A stretch of 62,941 bases of DNA, filler included, from Globobulimina sp. (lineage: Eukaryota): NCBI GenBank assembly GCA_003354225.1. It is 21 parts of 21 records of this genome, joined end to end, with 100 filler letters (N's around TTAATTAATTAA, not from the genome) between each part and the next. Parts side by side here need not be neighbours in the genome. Positions count along the whole stretch, not along the records: positions 21,026 to 23,927 come from PIVH01004425.1; positions 24,028 to 26,929 come from PIVH01004426.1; positions 27,030 to 29,931 come from PIVH01004427.1; positions 30,032 to 32,932 come from PIVH01004428.1; positions 33,033 to 35,933 come from PIVH01004429.1; 16 more parts are not named here. One strand, written 5' to 3'. The position numbers were made by a program, and so were the translations under genes. The notes below the pieces were generated by a model that had not been told where the DNA came from, made no database searches, and saw nothing but the letters and a program-made list of their open reading frames with translations. Positions 23,655-34,803 of the stretch are shown in pieces; the stretch's first letter is position 1; the number at the start of each line of letters is the position of its first letter.

Positions 23655-23927
23655 ATGGAAATAAATAAAGATGTAAAAATATTAAATAATTTTTTATTGT
23701 ATAATGGTTTAATTAAATATAAATTGAATGATACAGCATCCAGAGTTTTTACAAATATATATGATAAATTTGAAAAATCTAGAGGGAATATTAATTTAAT
23801 ATCGAGAGATGTTTTTTTGGATAAAAAAAATAAAATTTTACATAATAAATTCCTACCAGAAGATGTAAAATATTTTATAAATAATAATAAAGCAAATGAG
23901 ATTACATATAAATTTAAGGTAGGATTT
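23655..23927 (+). CDS. Viral hypothetical protein, 3' partial
   Basis: ATG 28 nt after the previous stop; open to the contig edge. Confidence 0.65.
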
Positions 23928-24244
23928 NNNNNNNNNNNNNNNNNNNNNNNNNNNNNNNNNNNNNNNNNNNNTTAATTAATTAANNNNNNNNNNNNNNNNN
24001 NNNNNNNNNNNNNNNNNNNNNNNNNNNTCCCCAGAATAAATGCTACCAGCATGATTGTCATCCGATGATGGTGCGCCAGAATAAGTGGCGCGCTTGCCGC
24101 TACGGAATGTCGGCGCAGCTGGTAGACCCGATGACTCAAGAGTGTCTGCAGGTGCCTCTGGTTGTCGACAAGCTCCCGGAGTGGTAAGTGGAGTGCTTGC
24201 AGTCGAGTAGTCTTACATGATCCCCAGGCCTGAGGGCTGTTACA

Positions 24245-25348
24245 GTGTTTGACTCATTGAACGTTGCTGCAAAAATAATAGAATCAATATTAAAATTCAC
24301 ACGAGGCAAATATGAACTAATTGTTGTATTCGATGATGTTGATAATCTATGCATCGATACCATACTTAACTTAGTCACCAATCACCTGCATACACATACA
24401 CTTGACTGCAGACTAGAAATGAATGCAGCAAACGATGCATATCATGTACAAAACACAATAATTTACGATTATTGTATGAATTTTAAAAAAATGTATGAGT
24501 GGAAGAATGAATGTGGCAAATTAGAAAGAATATTATTTATTCGTGCTTGGGGCATTTGGGAGACTTCCAGCAATAATTTGGGAATGTGTCTGTCCTCTGA
24601 AAAGACCAAATATTTCATTCACGTACAAGATGATATGCAAATGACTCAAATCGGATGGAATATAAACATTATATTACCACTCTCTTTATTTTCAAATGAC
24701 ATATTTAGTGTAAGTGCACGATGTGCAAATCCGATACAAAATGCATTCCGGAGTAAGATGAGTGAGATAACATCGAAACAATGGACATATTTGGATTATG
24801 ACACTGCAGAGTCGCATGGCGAGTTATTGGTTGATGCACCATTGCCATTACCGGTGGGTAGATGTGGTGACGATATTGACCAACCATTGAATTATAGAAA
24901 AGATAATGGGTTTATGTATAATAAATCTTTTGTTTATGAACGGAGTAATTCGATTCGAGGGCCTTTTGCTGTGAATGCATCGGATATGAAATATTTGGGT
25001 TTTTTTAACGAGAAATATTTTAAGTTAGGATGGGATATTCCGGAGTTACATTTGCGAGCTATGACTTATTTGCGGAAACATTCTGCATTTTCGCCGTTGC
25101 AGTTTAGATCTGATCTAAGTTGGGGTGGTACGCGAAGGAAACGAAGACAGAAAACACAATCAGAAGAAGAGGAATGCAAAGAATATGAACTGTTTAGGAA
25201 TCACAGGAGAGAGTCCAGCAATGCTTTTATAAATAGTGGGAAAAATAAAAGTATTGCAGATTATACTGGAAAAAGAATAATTACCAATCAAATGATTCAC
25301 AAAATTGATCATTTGTATAATTTTTGTTTTGTGGATTTACAGAAATAA
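24245..25348 (+). CDS. GT2-like glycosyltransferase, 5' end probably missing
   Basis: ELIVVFDD, YFIHVQDDM, RGPFAV...LGFFNEKYF.LGWD. Confidence 0.7.
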   Translation: MFDSLNVAAKIIESILKFTRGKYELIVVFDDVDNLCIDTILNLVTNHLHTHTLDCRLEMNAANDAYHVQNTIIYDYCMNFKKMYEWKNECGKLERILFIRAWGIWETSSNNLGMCLSSEKTKYFIHVQDDMQMTQIGWNINIILPLSLFSNDIFSVSARCANPIQNAFRSKMSEITSKQWTYLDYDTAESHGELLVDAPLPLPVGRCGDDIDQPLNYRKDNGFMYNKSFVYERSNSIRGPFAVNASDMKYLGFFNEKYFKLGWDIPELHLRAMTYLRKHSAFSPLQFRSDLSWGGTRRKRRQKTQSEEEECKEYELFRNHRRESSNAFINSGKNKSIADYTGKRIITNQMIHKIDHLYNFCFVDLQK

Positions 25349-25576
25349 AGTTGAACACACAATTAATAGTAAAAGTTTTTCAGTGGATGAATCTATTGTA
25401 CTTACTGTATACAAATAATATTTGAGTTTTTATCCCATGAATCTGATGTTATTGATTCAGATGTATAATTGTTGCGCTTTTAGCTAACTTCGTTTGTGGT
25501 GTCACTCAATGTTATGTTTCTTTTGGATCACTAATTTATTTAAATGATTTTAAAGTCCCAGTTTAATTTATGCACT

Positions 25577-25676
25577 CACTGCAGACACAAGTCACACAAC
25601 TATTGAGCTAATTTATTATGGTTGGCACCACAATGAAAATTAGCTCAATAGTTGTGAGACTTGTGAGTCTGCAGTG
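25577..25676. repeat. 100-bp hairpin / MITE-like inverted repeat
   Basis: The 38-nt arm 25577-25614 pairs with 25637-25676 (one mismatch, one 2-nt bulge). Termini are CACTG...CAGTG. Confidence 0.85.
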
Positions 25677-25898
25677 CAGCTAAAACTCCAAAAGTTGAAT
25701 GGTAGTGATTTCTTAGTATTTTGAAGGAAAAATTTAAATCAGAAATACAGACCAATAAATATCCGAAACCTAAAAATAGCTACGATTACAATTAACTAAT
25801 TATCACAGAAAAAACATGTTGAAAAAATAAAATTAAACAAATTAAACAAAACAAAACATTCACATAATAATCAATTTCTTAATATAATTATTTTGCAA

Positions 25899-26738
25899 TT
25901 ATTTTGAAAGCACAGATATTGGTTCTTCAGAGTCGCTCATTTCATCAACATTTGCTGCATAATCACTTATTTCACTGAAAGTATTTCCGCCACCTTTATT
26001 GCGCTCAATCTTAAAAAAGCATTTGTAGACAAAACAACATAAACTCAGCCATCCCAAGATTGCAGCCACAAATATCGTGGTTCCAGTTGACGTCGAAATT
26101 ATTATTTTTCTCGAATGCCAACCAATCTTATCTTTATTAGAAATTTCAACATCAAAGATCGCATTCTTTTCGTTTTCAGAAACAGTTTGCATTGCAGTTA
26201 AGTATACATCCTTTCTTTTTTGTAAATGATTTGTATTTACACAGAAACCATTCTCACAAACTCTATTTCTATCACAACAATGAATATCCATCGAACAGCC
26301 GGATTCATTATTTGCAACACAACATGTCCCTATTTTGTGTCCATATTCATCATAATTATGATATATACATTTTAATGATTTTATAGGACGTTGTTTATGA
26401 TCATCACAACATCTATTTGTCAGTGATAAAGCAGATGAACACTCATCACCAGGCATTGCACACGATGCTACGGTTGCAGTTGGTGATGTTGTTGGCGTGT
26501 TATACAGATTGGTGACTGAATCGCATGGTGATTGGTTACATTTGGGATCATTAGGATTGCATTTTGTTTGTGGGTTATCACAATCTGTATAGAAATTGCA
26601 AATTGAATTAATAAAACAGTTTGCCATCGGTTTGCAAATGCAAGAATTGAAATATTTCACTTAACATATTGGATACGATGATGACGATTGCATGGATTTG
26701 AGTGAAATAATTGCTAAAATTATATATATAATTGTCAT
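25899..26738 (-). CDS. Cys-rich type I membrane protein (in-frame TAA after the signal peptide)
   Basis: The signal-like MTIIYIILAIISL at 26738 is in frame with ORF 25899-26660, separated by TAA at 26661-63. Cys-rich ectodomain and C-terminal TM helix. Confidence 0.65.
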
Positions 26739-27029
26739 GATCAAAGTAAGCGAAGAGTTTTAAATTTGTTTTTATCTTTACAGTGAATTCTGCTTAAAAT
26801 TATAATGAATATATATAATATAATATAGCTATAATAAAAGTATACAACTACGTATAGAGACAAAAGCACAGAAACGAAGCTAGAATTATGATAATTATTA
26901 TGTATCATGTCTGTCCTTTTTGATCCGAANNNNNNNNNNNNNNNNNNNNNNNNNNNNNNNNNNNNNNNNNNNNTTAATTAATTAANNNNNNNNNNNNNNN
27001 NNNNNNNNNNNNNNNNNNNNNNNNNNNNN

Positions 27030-29585
27030 ACACAGCCAACCTCGGTTTGCCAAACTCCAAAGCCATTGCAATTTGCATCGACGCCATTAACTACAAAATC
27101 AGAGCCAAATAAACCCGCCAAACTTAATAACTACAACAAGCACAATAAAACACTGCCGTACAATAATTCCGATGTGCAGTTCGCATTGGATTTGGTGGAA
27201 TTAATCTTAACCAATGTACAGAAATTAAACGTCAAGATATCTAAGAAAACGTTAAAATATTTAAATGATGGCAAACAGCATAGAATCGTGATCGAGTCAA
27301 TGTTAATGGCACCGATTATTGCTCATTTAGTGAAATCGTGCATTAATACAAAGAAAATGTATCAGACAAAACAAAATTACCTGCAATTATTTGCTTTTTT
27401 TATCGATTACTTTCAGCAAATTTATCCGCATTTAACTTGGCCAACGGCACAACAACTTATTGTCAATATAGATTTCCATAAAAAATCAGATAACAAACAT
27501 ATACAAATACAAAAACAAAAAAATATACAATCAATTTGCAGGCAAAGTATTGAAATACATAAAAATAAAAAGAAATCAAACGATGATAATAATAATAAAT
27601 TTGACGAGTTCATAAACAAAGTAAATGAGATCGGAAATAAATTTGAAATTCTACAAAAATGTACAAATAACAATAAATCGGAAATTTGTGATAAGATAAC
27701 AGATATTCAACAAAAACAAAAAGAATTTGGTAAACAATTGAATAATAAAAACAAGGAAAATACGCTAATGTCAGAATGGGAGAAATCTCATCATCATTTA
27801 GGTAAAAAACAGCAGGAAAATATCGATTTATTACTACATCAAACCCAAAAATTTGAAAATATTGCCGAAAGAATTAAGAACGCTTTGTCTCAAACTGAGG
27901 ATCCAAAAATATTTGAATCTCGTTTAAATTTTATAACTCAACAAACCAAACATTTGGAAGAAAAATTAGAAAAATCCGCAAAAAATTTAGAAAAATCCGT
28001 TAAAACTGCACTGAATAAATATAATGAAATTGAAAACCTTTCCGATTTAATATCGATTGGTGTCTCTCCGCATAATATTATTGATAATGATAACAAAAAT
28101 AAACAAGAATGTAATCAAACAAATTCAGAAGAAAAGAAATTGTCATTTTTATACAAAATGAATGAAAGTGAGACAGGATTCGATTATAAAAAAAAACAAA
28201 TTGAAATAAAAAATATTATTGAAGATGTTTTAGATTGTAAATGTAAAAGAGATTTTTATAGAAAACCATTAAAAATAAATAAAATAAATGATACAAAGTA
28301 TGACACAACAATTAATATTGAAAATGATCAACAGTTTAGACAACGAATCAAAAACAGAATTGAAAAAATGCAAAATCATACACTAAAAGCCCCGCCATCT
28401 TTGTCTGTACATTGGAGAAATGATACGAATGAAATGGCATTTATTAAAGAAAAGGATGTGAATAAATTAACGACCGTAAAACCAGAAATTTCAATCAGTG
28501 ATCGAATGGTACTTTTGGAGGATAAGATAAATGAGCCATCAATGGATAATATATTAAAAAAAGCGAAAAAAAATATACAATTAAAACAATCAAAAAAAAA
28601 TATTCAATTAAAAAAATCCGAAAAGAAAATACTAAAAAAGCAACCAAATAATATGAGCGCAAACAACATTAAAATTATTAGTCGAACAACGTGCAAACCA
28701 CCGGAACTGCGGTTTAATTCTAAACCAATCCAACCAAAACCTATAATTTATAAAAAACATAAAAAAATTAAAAAGAAAAAGAAAAGGAAAATAAAACAAC
28801 ATATTCATGTTTGCAAGCCTTTGATTTCAACATCGATGCAAACGATGGATATTATTCAAGATTCCATTCAATTGGATATAAAATCGATGGTCAGCGAAAC
28901 CGAGGAAAAGGACACTGTAAATATATTGACTCAGTCTCAAAATAATCTAAATAATTTTTGTGACAATGTGTTAGATAGCTTGCTTAACAAAAATGAAATT
29001 ATAATTAATAAATCACAGCCAATGGAAACACATTTATTATCAACAAATAAAATTATTGAAGATATTATTGATGACATTATCAATAAATCAGTGGTTATGT
29101 CGGAGAACAAAGCAATTCTATGCGTGGAAGAAATGATTAATGAACAAAATATAAAACAAAAATATAAGGAGTTGGATGAAGACATACAAACTATTGTTCA
29201 TATCTCGTCAACCAAACCAATTCAGTCTCCAATTTGCGAAAAATATAATGATAAATTACAAATATGTCCACCACCAAAGATAATTATATCATATCCTGTT
29301 TCATCGACATCTACGTCAACATCTACATCGATGAGCACATCATTGGATTCATCAGTTGCCACATCAATGGTATCCTCATTGGATTCGGCAGAAACAAAAC
29401 AATTATTTCGTAATATTAAAGTTACGGATTCTATTTTAAGTGGAATATCAATATCGGAATCAGATACTATTTGTGGTGACAGTGATAGTGAGAATAGTGA
29501 GGAATTCGATCAGTTAAAAGAATCATTAAATAGACAATGGAGTGAGATTCAATTGGCTTTGGGTACTTTAACATGTACAAATTGA
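27030..29585 (+). CDS. Large coiled-coil, low-complexity protein, 5' partial
   Basis: Intronless ORF of more than 839 codons, K/N/Q-rich. Confidence 0.8.
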   Translation, partial: TQPTSVCQTPKPLQFASTPLTTKSEPNKPAKLNNYNKHNKTLPYNNSDVQFALDLVELILTNVQKLNVKISKKTLKYLNDGKQHRIVIESMLMAPIIAHLVKSCINTKKMYQTKQNYLQLFAFFIDYFQQIYPHLTWPTAQQLIVNIDFHKKSDNKHIQIQKQKNIQSICRQSIEIHKNKKKSNDDNNNKFDEFINKVNEIGNKFEILQKCTNNNKSEICDKITDIQQKQKEFGKQLNNKNKENTLMSEWEKSHHHLGKKQQENIDLLLHQTQKFENIAERIKNALSQTEDPKIFESRLNFITQQTKHLEEKLEKSAKNLEKSVKTALNKYNEIENLSDLISIGVSPHNIIDNDNKNKQECNQTNSEEKKLSFLYKMNESETGFDYKKKQIEIKNIIEDVLDCKCKRDFYRKPLKINKINDTKYDTTINIENDQQFRQRIKNRIEKMQNHTLKAPPSLSVHWRNDTNEMAFIKEKDVNKLTTVKPEISISDRMVLLEDKINEPSMDNILKKAKKNIQLKQSKKNIQLKKSEKKILKKQPNNMSANNIKIISRTTCKPPELRFNSKPIQPKPIIYKKHKKIKKKKKRKIKQHIHVCKPLISTSMQTMDIIQDSIQLDIKSMVSETEEKDTVNILTQSQNNLNNFCDNVLDSLLNKNEIIINKSQPMETHLLSTNKIIEDIIDDIINKSVVMSENKAILCVEEMINEQNIKQKYKELDEDIQTIVHISSTKPIQSPICEKYNDKLQICPPPKIIISYPVSSTSTSTSTSMSTSLDSSVATSMVSSLDSAETKQLFRNIKVTDSILSGISISESDTICGDSDSENSEEFDQLKESLNRQWSEIQLALGTLTCTN

Positions 29586-29719
29586 TTGTTTAATAGTGTG
29601 TGGACATTTTGTTTGTATTTGTCTATTATTTAACGAAGAAACATTAAGTCATTCAACAGAGCACAGCACATCATATCATCCTCAATTACTAGTATCTGCA
29701 TAAAAAATTATAAAATATA

Positions 29720-29931
29720 TTACAAATTATTAGCTTGTTTAAAAATATTAATTTCTTTTTTGAGTTTATCATCATCAAATAACATGAATGACATTTCATC
29801 CTTGCCGTCACACACTTCATTTGTAACTGGTGACTTATGATATTGTTTGAGATATGCTACGATGGCATCTTTATCATATGTATGTCCATCAAATGCAATC
29901 ACCGGATTATCCATAATTTGTTTGGTTAAAC
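29720..29931 (-). CDS. U-box domain C-terminus, 5' partial
   Basis: LTKQIMDNPVIAFDGHTYDKDAIVAYL...SPVTNE. Confidence 0.85.
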
Positions 29932-30068
29932 NNNNNNNNNNNNNNNNNNNNNNNNNNNNNNNNNNNNNNNNNNNNTTAATTAATTAANNNNNNNNNNNNN
30001 NNNNNNNNNNNNNNNNNNNNNNNNNNNNNNNCCATTACCTGTCCAATCTGTGTTCCTTTGATTGCGCA

Positions 30069-32886
30069 GTGGATGGGAATGCTTTATGTAACTTAAATGG
30101 CGGAATGAGTACAGCTCAATGTGTTGGAGCATCATGTGATTGTTTGGCTGGTTTTTATGGCCATTATCATACATGTTTACCATTGCCAACACCCACTGAT
30201 TGCAATGCTGTGGCTCAGAGTCAAACAGCATCAAATACTACGTTTAGTATTGCCGCATGGGACGCTGACACCACATATCTGTACTTTCATTGTGAGGAAC
30301 CAACCGGTTGTATCGGAGCGTATACGTACTCTGAAACAGTTACTTCACTGTTAACATCAATCGTATTTGATCAAGGTACGTTCTCTGCAGATGTTTGACT
30401 TAATTGACACAATGCATGTTAATGTTTGTTAGGAAGAGCATTGAATGCCACTTTAATCACATTACAAGCAATAGGCACCAGTGGCAATGCATGGATATCG
30501 CAGAAAACCGCATGTAAACATGTTACCCGGTCACCAACACCAAATCCAACACAACCACCGACATATTCAATTCCCGCAGTGCCACTGTGTAATATCTCAT
30601 TGTCGTCAGATCTAAAAACATTTGATATTCTGTGGCAAGCCATTTCTCTGCAAATATCCGATACGGCACCACCAAGCAACACATTCCTTGGCTATGTCTA
30701 TTATTATAACAACCAACCTCGATCCACTGCAGCATGCTGCACCGCTACTTCCTCGCCGCCAAACTCTGTGACATTTAATTTGTTTTCTGATTTTGTCGCA
30801 GTGTCTGGACATTGGGATTCTGCATTGAGTGGCATCACTGTGGATGATGAATTACTGAGTGCTACCAAATGCAGAATGAGCACACAAAATCCGACCCAAT
30901 CACCTACAAAAGCACCCACATCACGTCCTACATTGAAACCAAGTATTCAGCCGACATACGCACCAACAATCAGCCCCACATTGGTTGAATTATATGTTGC
31001 TGCGTGCACTGCCACAGGTTTGTTACATGTTTTTTGTTTGTTTATGCATTTATATGTAACATTTTGTTTGTGTGCAATGTAAGTGTTTGGAAGCAGTACA
31101 ATAGTGAATATGACATGGATTACCGCACATTTTGACAGCAATACAGCACCCAAAACAGATACATATTATGTCGTTGAATGGATGTATGACACTGGGAAAG
31201 ACAATGGCTATCAGGAAATATCAGCTATGCAAGACACCCAAAAATTAATTGAAATTGATGACTATTTAAATGTGACATTGTTGCAAATGCATTGTAAATG
31301 GTCCAGTTTTACCCAACAAGGACGCAAAACACACTGCGACTTTTTTACAATGTCTCCAACATTCTCACCAAGCATAGTTCCATCCAAACCACCCACACCC
31401 ACTCCTTTGCGTATTCCCACCACATCACCGATCTCTGTTCCATCCGCCTCACCCACCATGGCACCAACCTATATATTTGATGATGTTACTTGGTGCAATG
31501 CTACATTTTCAGGCAACATATTAGTGCTGGAATGGGGGTTATTGTCTGTCAATGACAGTGCTCCGAGCATACCACCTGCAAATTGGATAAAATATGTTGG
31601 GATCATTGCGAATTATCCAAGCATTGAAGCTGAGCATATTCCTCAAGATATCAGCTGCGATGACATCAACCAGACCAATTGTTGGGGGCAGAAAACTGGA
31701 GAGTATGAACCATCCCCGGTCCTATTTTATGCCAATTATACAGTTACGTACATCTGAATGTCATGTGTTGTAAGATAATTAATATCAAATCGTATCTGCA
31801 AATCTATAGAATAACAATGGAGAGACGGTGTGGAGGACAAATATAATTAATTGCCGCATTGCCACATCAGAGCCAACCCAGAGTCCCAACAATGTTCCGA
31901 CATACTTTCCGAGTGTGAGTCCCAGCATTGGCCCAGTTTCAGTGCATTTGGAGAAGACGGCCTGTTCAGAGGATCGGTGTGGATGTCACACAAATATAGA
32001 GTCTCAATGTTGTTTGCCAGCATGTGATTGGAATGAATTCCCGGCTCCAATTATTATCGTGTCTGAAAAGGACGAGTTGAATACGACATTTTATGTCCGA
32101 CGCAGTATTCAAAATTATCCTTTTCAAATATTGGTCGAATTCAACATATCTGCAGTTACACCACAATTAGCAGACAAGTATGGATTTTATAGTCGCTTAG
32201 CAGTGCTTGAAAGTGGTAATGGCATAAATGTTTCATATGAGATACCGACAGATTGTTATTTTACTGATTGGGACGATGAGGAATGTGAATATTATATCGA
32301 TGACAGTGTTGTAGTGAGATATGACTGTTCTGCGGGCAAACCGAGCAATGACGACAAAAATGCATGTTGGTGGTGTGATTTCTATGGTGAAGCAGGGCCG
32401 CGATGCAATGATATCGTGCCCAATGTTGGGAAGTTTACGATTCCTTTCAGTGATTTGGTGAGTGCGGATGGTGGAACTTTTGAAGAATCTACGTTTGGTT
32501 TATCGATATTGAGAGAGGGTTGTGATTGGGGCTGCGATTGGAAGGGCGAGGTTTTCTTATTGGAGTTGAATAATTGTTCTGTTGTCAGTAATGATGAGGA
32601 TATATTGAACTGTTCATTGGTTTATCCATCGATGGCATATATAATTGTGACTGATCAGGATGCGATAACACGGCAGGAATATATTAAGGTTCCCGATAGC
32701 AAATATGAAGAATGGTTATGGTATGTCATATTGGCTGGAGTTTTTGCGTTGGCCTCGGTCTCCTATGTCATATTTATTTGGTGGCGGAATAAGAAAATAG
32801 CAGAGGCGCATGTTGCCCAAACTGAAAACGATATGGAACCTGTTATTGACGAACAAGAAACATTTATTTACTCCAATCGGATGTAA
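30069..32886 (+). CDS. Multi-exon cell-surface protein with Cys-rich domains, PTxxPT linkers and a C-terminal TM helix
   Basis: Four same-strand ORFs separated by short intron-like gaps. EGF-like CxCxxGFYG motif, repeated PT linkers and TM WLWYVILAGVFALASVSYVIFIWW. Confidence 0.75.
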
Positions 32887-33032
32887 CTATTGGACTCTAT
32901 CAATGTTTATGTGATTGGAACCTCCATTATTTNNNNNNNNNNNNNNNNNNNNNNNNNNNNNNNNNNNNNNNNNNNNTTAATTAATTAANNNNNNNNNNNN
33001 NNNNNNNNNNNNNNNNNNNNNNNNNNNNNNNN

Positions 33033-34533
33033 GCAAAGGACCCGCAATAGTAGCGGAACGCGTGGCGAGACTTACGGTCACCGTTGTGTTAGTGCTAAAG
33101 AAACTTTCAGCGGCGCGCCCGGCTTGCGTCAGGGCTTCGTCGGCTAAACGTCTGTAAATGCGTAACAATTCAGATTTGATGCTATCAGCGTTCGCCATAG
33201 AGCGGCCCGGAATCAAATCGCCTTCCGTTAAACGACTTTGAGCATATACACTTTTCAGCGTGTTATAAATAATCTCACGACAAGCCGAACCAGTATCAAC
33301 ATAGTTTAAATATTTGAAACTGTCGTTAGCATTACCCGCGGCGTCTGTCTGCCATGTGGTAACAAAAGGCCCGGTTATCATTTCGTTTCCGGAGGTGTTA
33401 ACGCCCCAGTAAGAAACCCCGCCGTCCTCTAACGTTTGCTGTTCGTTGAAAGTAAATTGATCGGTCGCAATAGTGACCGGAGTCGACGCCAGAGGCGTAT
33501 TAAAATACGGAAGCGACGCCAAAGCAGGGCCGCCGCGAGAATCAAGCGGGCCGGAAGTGGTCACAATGAAATCAGAAATCGGAGCGCCCGGGGTTAGCCG
33601 TCTCGCTCTTGTGCCTTGGAAATATGCCATTGTCCAGTCTGCGGGCTGTGGGATAATTGGGGTCGTGTCTCGATCATTGCCGCCCATAACTAGGGTCTGA
33701 GTGTTAAGCAATGCGGAGGCAGCGATCAGAGTCGTGGAAGAATCCGACCGTCCCATGAAGCCCACGCCGTCAAAAACGCCGCTCGCTACGTTGAAACGAG
33801 AATCAAGTTCGTCACCTAATAGGCTGAACGTAGAACTTAAATACTCCGGCCAGTTTATGCCCGTGTACCGAACGCCAGATATAGCATTGAATATAGCCGC
33901 CGTGATAGTGGTACCGAAAACTCCGCCGCTAAATTGTGTCGGGGTAATTACCAGATCCTCAACAGTAGCCGCGCCGGTCCCGCCATCGACTAAAATAGAG
34001 TTAAGGTTAGGAAATTCGTTACTATCAACCGCCGTTAATGTGACGGTACTAGTCGCGACTCCGTTAGTCCATGGCTTAGTCCCTGCGAAAGCAGTAAGGG
34101 CGGCGTCGATAGCCGTCGCGACATCGGTCGTCGCGTCCCCCTCTTCGAAATTAACGGTTATATTAAATTGTTCGCCGTCTAAGATGGTCAAAACGAAAGA
34201 ACCATCAGCCGCAGCCGGGCCACCTGACACGACATAGGTCGCCGTCGCCTGAGTGCCTGCCGTTGGCGCGATTGATATAACGTCAAGAGGGCTATAGCCG
34301 CCATTAGCCAAGCGGAAATATTGGATCCGGAAATATAATTCACCAGTACCAAAAAGGGCTTGAAGCTGCGCGTTTGTTAATAAATTGACGTTTTGATTAA
34401 GCGCACCATCTACCGCGGCACCGCCGGAGGCAGTCGCCCCGATGATTAAATCGCGACGGTCGTTAAATGCGTCTACAACGGCAGCCGGTAAAAGCTGGAC
34501 CCCGATGCTTGGTTGTGATATTGGGCTACCCAT
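33033..34533 (-). CDS. Phage contractile tail sheath protein (Mu gpL-like), 3' partial
   Basis: GC-rich contig. The sheath-type layout includes LFGTGEL, the inserted ATATY...ATAIDAA domain, SLPYFNTPL, EQQTLEDGGVS, FVTTW..D..GN..DSFKYLNYVDT and YAQSRL. Confidence 0.85.
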
Positions 34534-34535
34534 GA

Positions 34536-34802
34536 TTACTCACCTCTACTCGTTGACTTAGAAACTTTAGGCTTCGCGGCTTTCACTTTCGTTTTCGCTT
34601 TGGCCTTAGGCTTGATTATCTCCATTACGCCGCCTTTTTTGGCAGAGCGTAACACCTTATTCCATTCGGGCGTCATTGCTCGCCCCTTCTCGTCCGTAAC
34701 AACTTTTTTAGTTCCACCGGGGCCGACCCCATATATTGGCACCGTCGAATTGTTGCGAACAGTTACAAAACTTTTGTTTTCCATCTCTTTACTAGAGAAC
34801 AT
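34536..34802 (-). CDS. Small basic tail-region protein (position of Mu gp38/DUF2635)
   Basis: 88 aa, tightly packed between terminator and sheath genes. TDEKG...W..L motif and Lys-rich tail. Confidence 0.55.
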   Translation of the reverse strand: MFSSKEMENKSFVTVRNNSTVPIYGVGPGGTKKVVTDEKGRAMTPEWNKVLRSAKKGGVMEIIKPKAKAKTKVKAAKPKVSKSTSRGE

Positions 34803-34803
34803 G

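Larger units (their letters stand above)
21026..23927. mobile_element. Giant virus (Nucleocytoviricota, Mimiviridae/Imitervirales-like) genome fragment
   Basis: Very AT-rich, intronless, tightly packed ORFs with no SD sequences and AAAATTGA promoters. Gene content: exonuclease III and a fucosyltransferase. Confidence 0.75.

Noticed and set aside
24028-24244. GC-shifted short segments at contig ends (also 50839-50938) as insertions
   Set aside because: They are too short to assign and cut genes abruptly. Amplification or assembly chimeras are the simpler explanation.
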